DNA from: Octopus bimaculoides
Taxonomy: Eukaryota
Reading direction: 5' to 3'
DNA: 40,810 nucleotides
Assembly (NCBI RefSeq): GCF_001194135.2
Contig: NC_068988.1
Coordinates: forward strand, 17,694,767 to 17,735,576
Positions 1 to 13,499 of this stretch are shown here, one piece after another. Made by a program: the position numbers and the translations under genes. Below the pieces are notes generated by a model, which did not search any database, had not been told where the DNA came from, and saw only the letters and a list, made by a program, of their open reading frames with translations. Every line of letters starts with the position of its first letter. Position 1 is the stretch's first letter.

Positions 1-35
1 TATATATATATATATATATATATATAATGCATGTA

Positions 36-82
<47 letters not shown>
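1..82. repeat. (TA)n microsatellite with TG interruption
   Basis: Directly visible. Confidence 0.95.
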
Positions 83-85
<3 letters not shown>

Positions 86-929
86 ATATATGAGTGCGCG
101 GGCGTGTGTGTGTGATACATGTTTAGGACCAATAGAAAATTTAAATTGGTTAAAAGTACAAAAGAGTCTTTTGTATTGCGATCATCTTGTGTGAAATAAA
201 GCGATTGAAACGTGGAACTAATTTTCTATTTCATTAATTAGCAGTTCTGTGAAATAATGTATTTAGTAATTCATAGCAGATTAAGTAAGTTCATTTTCAT
301 AATTTCAAAATGAATCTTGAAGCTGATTTTTTATCGCATTAAACAGAAAACAACCATAACGATCTAGATCTAGAATTTGTCAAGTTTTTTTTTAATATTT
401 TCTAAGATTGAAAAATATTTGTGTTCCTTGTGCTGTGAATGGGCGGTCATTAGTCAGGTTTCGTAACCGTTTGGCTGTATTTCATCGAAGAATCTTCCAT
501 GATTCTCCATTAAGAAGAAATGGTTTTCTTCATTAAATTGCTTCTTTCAACCAAATGGAAACAACCTTTTCTATTTGAAATATTTAGTCTAACTACTCTT
601 AATTTTTATAATTGTTTTCTTTTTTAATACTTATTTCTTTCTAAATGCATGTCATATTTTATAATTGGTCTGATTAGTCAGTCTATAATTAGTTACTGTA
701 TTTTTTCTTCACTACACAAGTTAATAATTTGATTTTTAGAGAACCAATAGGTCACGTACACATTTTGCCCATTGATTTCGTGATGTGAGTGTATGCGTGT
801 GCGAATGTGTGTATAAGTATGTGTCTGTGTGTCTGTATGTCAGTGCGTGTGTGGTGGGGTGCTATGTGTGTATGCGTGTGCTGATATATGTGGTTAAGCA
901 CGTCTTTCCTATAATTCGTTTTTCAAACT

Positions 930-1090
930 ATGAAATCGGTCATCGGTCTGCAATAAGCTTGCAATTTCACGAGTGGTCAAGCAACAATTAATTTCGATAT
1001 TAGCACGAGCATTATTTGACGTTGGTTCTTCTGGCTTTTTGGACGTCATTTAAAGACGCATTACTTTTTTGTGAAACATTTTCTACTTAG
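930..1090 (-). mobile_element. Degenerate mariner transposase N-terminal (HTH) fragment
   Basis: Minus-strand translation with frameshifts gives RKCFTK..SNASLNDVQK..PTSNNARANIEINCCLTTREIASLL, resembling the mariner 'WF.KF..G..SL.D..RSGRP...LTTREIA' region. No TIR found. Confidence 0.45.
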
Positions 1091-2346
1091 AGAATATGAA
1101 TGAGTATTATTGCCTGTATATTTTAGGTTAATTATACAGTTGCGTATAAGTGCTACCGATGTTTCAACGTTTATGGTATAAACTACGGTGTATCATATTA
1201 ATATCCTTTCTTGGTGTATACTCGAAATTATAAACTTTCGCTAGGCAATGTATTCTACATATGAATCTAATAAATGATTATGAGAAAGTATGAAACCTTT
1301 TGCTTTTAGTTAAAAGGATTAAATACTTCTTGATATAAAGTTAGAATTATTATTTACCTTTCATAAATAATGTTTCATTTTATGAATTTTCCTTGCTAAA
1401 GTATAAATAATCCACAGGTATTTTATGGAAGCTGAGATCATCTGATTTATGTACATATTTTAATAAACATAACGTTAATTGCATACATGATTTAACGCTG
1501 TCCTACCGATAAATATCAATCGTCAAGAATATCAGTGATTCTTTCATTTTGTTGATAATGAAATTCACCATCAACATAACACACATACACACTCAAGCAT
1601 TAATAATCTTCTGTGCAAAACTAAACCACAGAGGATTTATACTTTCTGTACGTGGGTGTGTAACGTCTGCGTATAGTCATAGCCACAAATATAGCTAATC
1701 ATGGAGTTACATTCCTTCATGTAAAAGAGATAAGAAAACTATAGACAAGGGAATATTGTGAACGTAATTCCCTTGACTATAAGTTTCAAAGACATTAAAT
1801 TTCATCTCAATTACCACTATGATAATTGGAATGAAAGACACAATATTCTATCTAAATCTAAATTTGGCCTCCCAAATGCTGTTCATATTATTATATTGGA
1901 CCTCAATAATGAGATTAAACTGCTCTATTAGTCAGAAGTTATGCTTCTTTTTTTCTCTCTTTTTTTCAATTTAAAATCTATTCTTTCAAGAAATCATTTT
2001 ATCCGCTTTGTGCGCTCAATTATCGAAGAATTTACTGCATGCATATTTTCACTATTGGAAACTTTTATAATTAAAATACTATTAAAGTAGTTCTCGTTTT
2101 GATTGTGGCCAATATTTACTCTTTACTTGGAAGCCTTCCATTTAATTTTCTCATCGTTTCTCTTTATCTATCTATCTCCGGCTAAATATATGATTCATTT
2201 TAAATATATTTATACAACATATATACAGACATACATATTTCATGACAACCGTAACAACTATATACACACCTACACACACATGTATATCCATTTTTAATTA
2301 TGCCCTCTCTCTTTTCTCTCTCTCTTAACTCTGTCTCTCCATATGG

Positions 2347-2348
2347 GT

Positions 2349-2407
<59 letters not shown>

Positions 2408-2416
2408 TGTGAGTGT

Positions 2417-2449
<33 letters not shown>
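2347..2449. repeat. Compound (GT)n/(GA)n microsatellite
   Basis: Directly visible. Confidence 0.95.
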
Positions 2450-2452
<3 letters not shown>

Positions 2453-2944
2453 ATGTTCGTTTGTATGTAATGGCTACGGTTGTCACGAAGTCAGTGTTTA
2501 CAAATATGCATATCCATTAAATTATAGAATGAAAAGAACCTATAATTTAAAACAACACGTTAGTTATTCTTTCAATATCTGGTAAAACTTTGATTTCTAT
2601 TTTCACCTACACACACATTATATATAACAATAGTTTGGAAAGATAAAGAGATGTATAGCTCAATACATAGCTTAATACTATGGCCGTGCAGCTATATTCA
2701 GACACTTATACTTTGTAACGAAGAAGAGATTTATATAAGAATATATAAGCCGTTTTGAATGTCATTCTAGCGAAAATAGTTTTAAATAAGCCCTCTTATT
2801 CAAATTTGAGTCACCTGCAATTGTGTCTGAGGTATAAACTGTAAAATTTATATTCTTATTACTACATTCTCTATGTACCTATGTATACACACACACACAC
2901 AAACATATATATATATGTGTGTATGTGTATCTATGTATACACAC

Positions 2945-2997
<53 letters not shown>

Positions 2998-3151
2998 ACT
3001 GTACGCAAGTTTTATTTCATGAAGATAACTCGTGTATAGTTCTGCAAATTATATTGATTCTAGAACGATTGTGCCGATGCGAACACGGATATTGTTACGT
3101 AAGTAAAACTCTAATGTTCGAAACCTGGTACACAATTAATTCTTTATTCTC

Positions 3152-3216
<65 letters not shown>

Positions 3217-3484
3217 NNNNNNNNNNNNNNNNNNNNNNNNNNNNNNNNNNNNNNNNNNNNNNNNNNNNNNNNNNNNNNNNNNNNNNNNNNNNNNNNNNNN
3301 NNNNNNNNNNNNNNNNNNNNNNNNNNNNNNNNNNNNNNNNNNNNNNNNNNNNNNNNNNNNNNNNNNNNNNNNNNNNNNNNNNNNNNNNNNNNNNNNNNNN
3401 NNNNNNNNNNNNNNNNNNNNNNNNNNNNNNNNNNNNNNNNNNNNNNNNNNNNNNNNNNNNNNNNNNNNNNNNNNNNNNNNNNNN
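3217..3484. other. Assembly gap between (CT)n and (TA)n tracts
   Basis: N-run. Other gaps: 18116-18125, 23902-24249, 24677-24764, 28734-28929, 33051-33631, 35826-35954; most abut microsatellites. Confidence 1.
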
Positions 3485-3543
<59 letters not shown>

Positions 3544-6336
3544 AGCGATAGATTGATTGATATATAAAGTTGTATCTGTGCGTGGTTTGGGAAACACCCA
3601 TTGGACAATATTGATCTAGATATTCTTTACCTATGAAAAATAATGGTATCGCCATGACTGATAATAGCTCTGGTCGGTGTGTTGTGACTAGGTCTAAATA
3701 ACGACAACACCACTTCCTATTTCTCAATATATTATTATTTCAAGATTCCAAATTTGAAAATATATAATGATTTTGCATTCTTGATATTCTCGTGCGTGTG
3801 AATATCATTAATAAGAAGGAACTAATGGAGGTTTTATCGGAAATTTTAGCAAATATTATATCTTAATAAAGTAAAGTTCGACATTTTATCATACTTCTAA
3901 CGTTAAGTGTGAGTTAAAATATTACGAAGAATTTCATATATTTTTACTATAAACGAATTTCTAGAATATTCTCCGCTACAGTATTAAACGTTTCTATTTA
4001 TTCAATTGCGCGGAAATAATGCACAAACTCGACGACATAATTTCAAATTACAATCATAATGAACGAAAATAGATTCGTTTCAATATATATTTTCACTATA
4101 TGCAACATTCACTAACGCCTATCTTAATACTAAAATTATAGCAGCCGAACCATGCGTACAATATAGCGAATATAATTTATGTAAAACATAAATGGGGCAA
4201 CTACTTATGAGACTTTCATATAAAACGTATATATAACTTTAAGCTTATTTCTGTTTCAATGAAAGCCATTTTGTTCAATATTTATATATAATCACTCATT
4301 GATATCCAGTATGGCTTGGGTTTATTATTACCTAGAATAAACGCAATCGCATGACTTCACCATATTTTGGATAAAATTATTTAAAATACTGGCAATATTC
4401 AGTTAGTCTAGGAATACTTTGAGTAAATCAAATAACATTATTCAGATTGAGCTACATTAGGATACACAGTGATATGGACGAAGATATGATCCGAAAGCAA
4501 CTACATAAATATCAGAACTAAAGCTAGGAGATAGACAAATCTGAAGCTGGCTTAGAGTAGACATAACATATCAGTGAAGAGGTGAATGGCAACAAAAGAA
4601 TTTTGGAAAATAATTGTTTGGTTGATTAACCGAGTGATTAATCAAACAATCAATTACTTAGTTAAACTGTTAACCAATTGATGAATAAGTAAAATTGAAA
4701 CATTAGGTGTATTTATTATTTGAGTAAGGACATTTCAGAGGCATAGAATATTTAGTTTTACTCTTTTAACATTATCTATAACTTTAATTAAATTCAAAGA
4801 AATTTATTTGATAAACCATTAACAAATATATTACAAAAATATCTATAAAGAAAAAATATTAATTCAACTTTAATCAACCATTTAATACTAAACAATCTCT
4901 TACAATCTATATATGAAGCGTATCCCCCAATATTTAAATTAAAACAAAGCTACTAACATAATTAATGGTAACTAACACTAAAATGTAAAAATAAATAAAC
5001 TAGCTACTATGTAAATCGAATAGCATTTCACCACCATTGGAAGCAGAGTTATTTCAAAATACTGTGCAAACTTTCATAACTAATATATAAAAAGATTATC
5101 TATCTTATCAATGTAATGTCAATATTGCAATGCTTGATGATATGCAATATTATTAGTTAGTGTGTGTGTGTGTATGTGCGTTTTTATGTGTTTGTCTGTC
5201 TGTGTATCTGTGTGTGTGCTTATGTGTGAGATTAATTTTGAAAGAATACAACTCAGTAAAATCATTCTATGATTATCTCCTTGAAAAGCTGCTTTTGTGC
5301 AAAATTCCGCCTGTGTTTCTCAATAAGTGTAAACTATAACTTAGAGAATACATACTATTATTTATGTATATATATCAAGATTTTTGTTTTCTATACTTGC
5401 ACAATGAATTCGGTTTAATTCTAATGGAATTATTAAATCGTTTCATTCGCTTATCTATCCAACTCACTTTTGTATAATTTAATATATGCATTTTTGCTGT
5501 AGTTATCGCTTCAGTAATCAAACTAATGTTAATATCTGTATCCACATAATTAACAAGATTTTACATAACCTGTATTCCTATTGTGGGCGGAGTTATTTCT
5601 ATTTGATTAAATGAAATATAGAAACAAAAGTATATCTGCTGTCGTGGATTGGTCGATCAGTGTTTCAGATTTATAGCCGAGGGCAAACAAACGTGTTTTA
5701 GTCGGAAGAAGATTTACTGACATATTTCCAACAACCTCAATTACATTCTATCAGAGTAAATTGCTATTAATTTTAGTGACTGCTTCTAAGTAATGATGAT
5801 ATTCTATTTGAGTTCGTACTTTCTCACAATGTCAACTTGAATCACTTAATAAAGTTAAATAATTGTATAACAATGAAAGTTCAAATATCAGTATAAACTT
5901 TGTAGAGTAATTCAAGCTCGAAGTTCGAATTTATTTCATTTATCGCTTTTTTACTTTTTTGTTTGCAATTACTAAGAACTTCTGAAAGCCCTAGAAGCAC
6001 TCAATGTGCATACAAGCATTGTTATAATGTATATTACCAAACTCAGAGGTAAATGATATTAAGTGACGGGAAGTTCCATTAGACATGTGCATGCAAATAC
6101 GTTCGCACAACGCATGTATCTCTATATAAATGTGTGTGCGTGTGAAATATATTTCAATAGATGCAATGTGAAGTGCTCAGTCGTTTACACGCCAGTTCAG
6201 GAGTAAGTTATTCAGTTGATCTAATAATTTAAACCACAACTTCGAACGATAGAGACCCTCCTGTATCTATCTATCTATCTATCTTTCTTTCTCTCTCCCA
6301 GCATCTTTCTCCATCTCCTCGCTTTTTCTCTCTCTG

Positions 6337-6408
<72 letters not shown>

Positions 6409-7225
6409 CAATAATTATAACGATAGTGGATATGGAGACTGGTACATACTCAAAATTTATTTCCTTATATTTTACAATGTAATACAGCATATTTTAATGG
6501 TTACGACGACCTACACGTGTTTCCGTTGCACAGAGTATGATCAGTGGCATCTGCAGCCAGGTATAATTTCCTGTGCTTGATTCAGCTTAGTCTACTGGAG
6601 TTGTGTATTTAGTATACAATCTATTTGACCGAGTGAGGAAAACTTACTTGGTGGGCTGTACCGTTTGCTTAAATGGCCTACCTTCGTTTACATAGTACTT
6701 AGTTATAGAGTTCATTCATTATTATCACATTAACAGAATTTTTTGAATTATGGTTCTAGTAACAAAACAGTGAAGAACAACTGTAGTTTTCCACGCTCAT
6801 TAATCTATGCAAAATAGCCGGTGTATAATTTCACCCGCACTAAATTCATCCTTTCCGCAAACAGGGGTATTAAAAACGTAATTAAAATGACTTGCAGTTT
6901 AAAATAAGTTACCTGTCTCAGCACTTTGTTTAGTGTCAGGTTGTTTAGTTGTTAAACTTATAGAACGATCGATACCTAAGTTTTGTAATGTCAGTTCTGT
7001 TTATCATACCTTTATAAAAATAATCAGGCTTTATGACTAAGAAAGTTACATTTGGTCGATTTAATATTTTGCTTACAAAGTTAAAAATTTACGAAATATA
7101 CTTCTTATCGCTAGTCAAATAAAATATAACACACTCTGCAAAATCACTTCCTATACAACTTAACAATGTATTTTCCAGTTTACATGTTCAAGATATTACT
7201 AGTTACACTTTTCCAACAACATGTA

Positions 7226-7257
7226 TTTAATATTTTTTTTTCTTCTTGCAGGTAAGT
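7226..7257 (+). promoter_or_regulatory. Juxtaposed 3'/5' splice site (recursive-splice / ratchet-point-like)
   Basis: TTTAATATTTTTTTTTCTTCTTGCAG|GTAAGT: branch-like TTTAAT, long pyrimidine tract, CAG at 7249-7251, then a perfect donor GTAAGT at 7252-7257. Confidence 0.6.
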
Positions 7258-7894
7258 GCTGTCCATTGATTTCGATTTTACTTCAAAGAAACTATTGTAA
7301 TTGTAAAGACTATAACAGCCTGGGCAACAACGATATAACGTTTACTGTTATTAACGTTAAAAACAAAGACAGGTATATAATTTTTATATGTATATACGTG
7401 TATGTTTATGAATGAATAACTCCGTAAGTATGTATATTTTTAATTTTCTTATTCACGTCGCTCCTAACCACACTAATACAGATTTCAAAATTTCTTGCGT
7501 ATCTGCATAATTTTATTTGTTAGTTGAAATACGCCTTCAGCTTACTTTTTATGAAGTCGCTCGTCAAATGAGCACCAGACCCGTATTTTCTATCTTTCTG
7601 AGGTTTCTTCGCCGTGTTGGCTGCTTACGTGCTACATCTTCTCAGATACTCACAAATCATTCTTCTCATCATCAATGTTACGTTCATTTACTTTAATCTG
7701 CACTGCCTACTGCATCGAGGTTTTCATCGGTTTACTGGAAATCATTACCTGTTCGAGGTTTCCAGCTCTGAACGATTTCCATCTCTGTATCAATTAGAAG
7801 CAGCTAGAGGGATATAAACAATATCGAACACGCATACGCAGGGTATGGATTTTTCTCATGGATTCGTATACATAAAAGCACTCGGATTAATATA

Positions 7895-8175
7895 TTTCCG
7901 TCTGGTGCCAGTCCTTCTCAGTTGAAAGATTTGAGCAAAGACGACTCCAACAGCGGGACCAACTTCATGCAAGAATGAAGACGCGCTGGCAAAACGACGT
8001 TTCTCTAAATGGAAACCTTACTTGTCGTTGTGGTCTTGTGGAACGGAGCAAAGCAGGCCTTGTCGGTCACTCACGAAAACACGTAGCAAATGATCCATAA
8101 GCATACGTGCAAACTGAGTCCTCAACCTGTTCCATTTACGAAGGGGTAAATAGCACCAGCAGTCGTCAAGAGACA
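7895..8175 (+). mobile_element. 3' end of an RTE-clade LINE (ORF C-terminus plus 3' UTR)
   Basis: Frame reads SVWCQSFSVERFEQRRLQQRDQLHARMKTRWQNDVSLNGNLTCRCGLVERSKAGLVGHSRKHVANDP*, matching the RTE C-terminal pattern 'W...FE..R...RK....C..C.R...S..GL..H.R.H'. It ends at a CA-rich tract. Confidence 0.65.
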
Positions 8176-8280
8176 CATTCGTATCCATAAAACATAATCA
8201 CTACTTTGTTACTGAACCCACATTTGTCATTCACGACAAGAGAATCTAATACACCCACCCCCCACACACACACACAAACA

Positions 8281-8320
<40 letters not shown>

Positions 8321-8733
8321 CACACACATATATATACACATATATATACATATATACATTTGTATATATATATATACATATCTATACACAAACATACGCG
8401 CATACTTATATGTATATTATAGTAGTGTACGTTTCATGAACCGTTGTCTAATATATATAAATATTTGATTGTTTTGTTAAAGCAAAGCAATGCATATTAA
8501 AAATTAAGGTCGGTGGTTAGTACTATTACATAGCGTTTTAATATTCATATATGTCGTATATATACTTTTAACTGGCATTGTTTTGCCTTTAAAACATTTC
8601 TAATACTTATATATGTACGAATGTGTATCTGTGTGTGCGAGCAGCAGTGTGCCAGCGATACAGAAAAATCATCATTACTTTCAGTTCGTTTTATGTATTT
8701 GTTGCTCGTTGTTAACTTTGCCGGTTCTCACAG

Positions 8734-8820
8734 TTTTTCGATTTATGCATAACCTGAAAGAATACATAAGGTTGAATCTGTCAGAGAACCGCCAGAGTGT
8801 ACAAACAGCACCAATAGTAG
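8734..8820 (+). CDS. Candidate internal exon, 87 nt, phase 1-1, unknown product
   Basis: Acceptor GTTAACTTTGCCGGTTCTCACAG, donor TAG|GTATGT. Only one frame is open: xFRFMHNLKEYIRLNLSENRQSVQTAPIV(G). No homology recognised. Confidence 0.3.
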
Positions 8821-9930
8821 GTATGTATACACCAAGCTAACAATTACTGGATCTCAGTGTAATAAATCTGATTTCTCTTTCTGACTTTCGTTCATTTAAC
8901 CTTCAGCTTCGCACTAACTAAATTGTTTTCATAAATACTAACTTAATAAACTTTTAAACCAAATTAACGAAAAATACCAACGCTTCAACAGCAAACTAAA
9001 ATCAGTTTTATCTATAATGCTCTCTCCGTTGGTACAAAGTTCAGTGTTTGTTTCTGTGTGTCTTTGTGCCGTTTTGTATAGATGTCTACACATCCGCTGA
9101 TACACACAGGCAGATACACATACGCATAAACTCTTAGACACATACGTATGTATATGGGTATATTTATATGTATCTTCGTGTGTTTACATGTATGCAGTTA
9201 TGCCAGTATATGTATGTGTGTTGCAGGTATACACACACGCACACACACACGCACACGCACACGCACACGCACACACACGCACACATATATATATATATAT
9301 ATATATATGGTGGTTGTCTACTCCTTAAACAGAGTTTGACCACCTCCTGCACCTACACCTTAGCCCTTTCATGGCGTCTGATGTGGCTTTTTAAACCAGA
9401 CAGTGTTTTGAAAAAACACCCACACAGATTGCACCTCTGATTTGCACTACCAATACATATATATATATATATATATATATGTAGCTGAATAGCCTGTTGT
9501 TCCATGCTAGACCGTTCCTCTTGATCAGGACAGGTTTGTGGAGGATTTCTTTTCCTTTCAAAATATGTACATGTCTCTTCGACCGTTTCACATGACTTTA
9601 TTCATTAAAACTTATTAAAATTTCAGAAGTTCTTACAACTTAGGTCATCATAACACTTTGCTGTCGTTTGTTTAATAATAATTCCTCTTCCTAATAATTT
9701 TGCTTTCATTTAGTGATAGACAGCTATCATGCAGAAAATGCCAGCTTCCAAATACAGTTTTCTAATTATGTAAAATTGATTAAACTTTAAACCTCAGTAA
9801 CATTTTTTGGCAATTTTTCTGGAACAAATAAAATAACCAAACCGGATTTAACGTGGAACATTATTTCAATATACCAAATTTGAAAATCTTGACGAAATTT
9901 TAAAATCTCGAATCAGACAGTTATAAGACA

Positions 9931-9932
<2 letters not shown>

Positions 9933-10005
<73 letters not shown>
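9933..10005. repeat. (CA)n microsatellite
   Basis: Directly visible. Confidence 0.95.
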
Positions 10006-10007
<2 letters not shown>

Positions 10008-10760
10008 TGTACAAACGTACAAACAAGTAATCTCGAGTGTAAAAGATGTAAAGTAAACATAAGTATGTACGTACGCATGTATATATATGTATGTGTGCGT
10101 GTGTGTGTGTGTGGGGGGGGGGGTTCTTTCCGATGGACAGCAGAAAAGCCACTGAACCCCTTACTCCTTAAAGCTACGTATTCCTCACACCCACCCTTCT
10201 TTCTTTTCCTTGACGTTTTAAAGGTTACTTATGTGCATGCGTGTATTTACGAAAGTACGCTTATATAATAGCTGTATTAAGGTTATCATCCCACTGTCAT
10301 TCTATATTTGTCGCTAACGCAACGCTGTTCTCCCCTTCTCTGATAGCAGTCTCACTCACACTACTACCACATTTCCCTCACACTAATACTCTTTGCACCC
10401 TACTCATTTTATCATACAATTTGCCCAACCCCGCTAGGGACCCACTGTAGATTTTATTGAAATCCGATTAGTCTATAATTGAACTGGATGTTAGTTTGTA
10501 TGCAAAGTTTCGTAAAGTTGTGTTCGCTGGTTTAAGCAGCAAGATGGTAACAGACATAAAGATAGAAAATGCCATTTGTATATAAGATATATATGTGGAG
10601 AGGGGTATATTTTCATACATATGTGTGTATATCTTAATTTGGTTGGGATTAATTTTGTGTCATAATCTGAGGAGCTTGGCCTTCGTTTCTTGTTATAGAT
10701 ATATGGTGCTTATATATGTATATTAGTTTTCAACAGACACACATATATATGTATGAATGC

Positions 10761-10815
<55 letters not shown>

Positions 10816-11334
10816 ATGTATATACATATATACATACATAATGTTACGTGTGTGTGTGTGTGTGTCTGCCAGCGTGTGTGTTTGTGTGTGTTGAAAAATA
10901 ATTCTTTTCATCGAATTATATTTTTCCTGAAACGTTTGCCTGAATCTCCGAATCAGAAAACTGAAATTTGATAAACCAGGTTTCCAAGATAATATAATTT
11001 AAATCTATTTTAATTCCGTAAATTCTATAAAATTCTTTTTAACCTTCTCTCTATCTCTACATTAATATGAATTTTTCTTTCGGGAGACAAGTCCTATTCA
11101 ATATCAAAATTCTAAGACAGTCAAGCAGTTCAAGGTTAATGCAGATGCACTGAAGAGTTGTCTACCCTTGACAGAAAGGTTGAAGCTTCACGCTTGGAGT
11201 GACTATTCTTGACTTTCTCGATCTCTCTGTTCACAATATTCTGGTCTGTATGTATAGCTATGTCAATTAACATCCATTTTTGAACTCCTTCCGTAGCAGA
11301 GTGATATCTAGTCTGTTATGCTACAGCTTGTGAA

Positions 11335-11625
11335 GTGACGTGGCTTACAGGTTAGAGTATTCGATTTACGATGGTGAGTTCAATTCCTGGTGATGCGTTG
11401 TGTCCTGCAGCAGGTCACTTTATTTCATGTTCATTGAGACGGCAAAAATGAGAATTACCTGCCTTTCGAAGGGCCATCATTGTCATATTCTGTGTAACGC
11501 TGAGAACTACCTTAAGAGTACAAGTGTCTGTGGAGTGGTCAGCCACTTACACGTCAATTTCAGGAGTAGGTTGTTCCGTTGATCGGATCAACTGGAGCCC
11601 CTGTCGTTGTAACGGACAGGGTTCC
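11335..11625 (+). mobile_element. Diverged tRNA-derived SINE
   Basis: A-box-like GTGGCTTACAGG and B-box-like GAGTTCAATTCC, then TTGTGTCC..CACTTTATTTCATG. Tail TTCCGTTGATCGGATCAACTGG is shared with the minus-strand fragment at 26223-26320. Ends in a TA/CA microsatellite. Confidence 0.65.
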
Positions 11626-11663
11626 AGTATATATATGTACACACACACACACACACACACACA

Positions 11664-11742
<79 letters not shown>

Positions 11743-11749
11743 GCTACAG

Positions 11750-12120
11750 CTTCTTATGTAGGTTCCATCTGATCATTCTCTACAACCAGCAAAGGTTGCT
11801 GCTCATACCACGTATTGGGCGATTCTAGCTCATACTTCCTACACACTACCAGTGTATTTGCTCTGCAACTTCGTCATGACGTTTTTTTTTTAGGCCAGTT
11901 TTGAGCAACCACTAATTATGTGTCGAACTGCCTCAGATGATTTTTCACAAAATTTACGCAGAGAATGATACTGCTACATTTGACTCATTTGTTTTGTAAG
12001 GCCTGTTCTTGTGCAGCAAGGATCAGTCCTTTTGTTTGCTTCTTAAAAACTCTTTGTCTTGGCCATCTCTATGGTTCTGTATCAGCTTCGTCATATGTTT
12101 GCAGGAAAAAGTCTCCGTTT
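11750..12120 (-). mobile_element. R4/Dong-like non-LTR retrotransposon fragment (post-RT region and zinc knuckle), degenerate
   Basis: Translation with stops and frameshifts: FKKQTKGLILAAQEQAL ... RKFCEKSSEAVRHIISGCSKLA*KK.RHDEVAEQIHW*.CRKYELESPNTWYEQQPLLVVENDQ. This shows the 'GLI.AAQ.QAL', C-x2-C-x8-H-x4-C (first Cys lost) and 'RHD' motifs typical of R4/Dong-type REL-endonuclease elements. Confidence 0.75.
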
Positions 12121-12695
12121 GGGATACATCACACAACCCTGGCTTAAACCCATCTTCACATCAAATCACTCACTCACTTCATCACCCGCCCTAACACACG
12201 CCCTACTTTCTCTAAAAAAAACTCTGAGCAGCTCTCAAAAATCTACTCTCTGCTGCATACAACTGCAACACCTGCCACATTGCATCGCTATCCACACGGT
12301 CATATGCTTTCTCTAGGTCCAGAAAGGTCTAATACATCTCCACCCCCACTTTTTGCCAAAAACTTCTCACAAATCTACCTCACTACAAATATTTGATCTG
12401 CACACCCCCTTCCACTTCTAAAACCACATTTCTCCTCCCCTAATACGCTTACAATCAGAATTCTCCCATATAGTATACCAACCACACACAACAGACTTAT
12501 ACCTCCTAAAATTTCCACTCACATTTATCCCCTTTCCCCTTGTATCATTGCACTATACAGGCGCTTCACCAGTCCTTTGGTACTCTTCAAGCTATATAAC
12601 AAACATTCATAAGCCTCACTATCCATTCAATCACTGTCACTACTCCTTTCTTTAGGCATTCCTCTGTATACGCATCTATACCTGGCATCTTCCGG
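12121..12695 (-). mobile_element. RTE-clade LINE reverse transcriptase fragment, degenerate
   Basis: Motifs GKMPGID, IEWIVRLMNVC, VPKDW*SACIV, YKGKGDKCEC, CADQIFVVR*ICEKFLAK, FLDLEKAYDRVD..AMWQVLQLY and GLSQGCVM, with stops and frameshifts. Confidence 0.85.
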
Positions 12696-13402
12696 TTTAC
12701 ACACATGTATACATATACACGCAAGCACATACGGAGTTAGAGATTCTCTTCTACTGTTCAGATATTTCATCTAATTTACTTATTACAAGATTTATTCTTC
12801 TATTTCATCTCCACCGATGTACAAATCACCTGTTTAGTGCCTGTGATGCTATATTTGGTAATATATCAACCTATTTACCTGCTCCTCTGTTTTTGTCTCT
12901 GATCTTTACATTCTTTCTTATCGCAAACTATGTAGTTGATGCTCCACTCATTTTCTCCGAATTAGAATCTTGATTGTTTATAAAAGGTTTTGGTTAATTG
13001 TTGCTGTTATTGTTAAACCCTAGGTCACTGCTGGTCTCGCATAGTTATGAATGCGGTCATCCCATTATTAACACATCTTGACTTTATTGTCTAATGTATA
13101 GCTCTAATGAGGTAGAATGTTGAATATCATTTAAGGGAAAATTTGCTTCTATATCTATTTGGTTGCAACAAACAATAGAGGATTACTCATTGAGTTGTAT
13201 TCGGATTTATTTCAAGCTAATGTGTTTCATCTCCTCTGGTTTGGTATCTATTTCATCCATTTTTTGTTTCTTGCCACTCTCACCTACCCGATAACAGCTA
13301 GTAGGAATGATGTACATCTTCTCTATACTACAAGAGCTTCCTTTCTATATCCCTAATTCCCTTACTTTCTCTCTATACATATCTCACTCCCTCCTTATGT
13401 TT

Positions 13403-13410
13403 CTCTCTCT

Positions 13411-13497
<87 letters not shown>
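13403..13497. repeat. (CT)n microsatellite
   Basis: Directly visible. Confidence 0.95.

Positions 13498-13499
<2 letters not shown>

Noticed and set aside
1741-1780. 14-bp stem hairpin (ATAGACAAGGGAAT..ATTCCCTTGACTAT)
   Set aside because: Short enough to be chance or a decayed repeat; no supporting context.
10290-10590. Helitron/HINE-like 3' end (ACAGACATAAAGATAG..TATATAAGAT)
   Set aside because: Resemblance is by recall only; no diagnostic hairpin or terminus could be confirmed.
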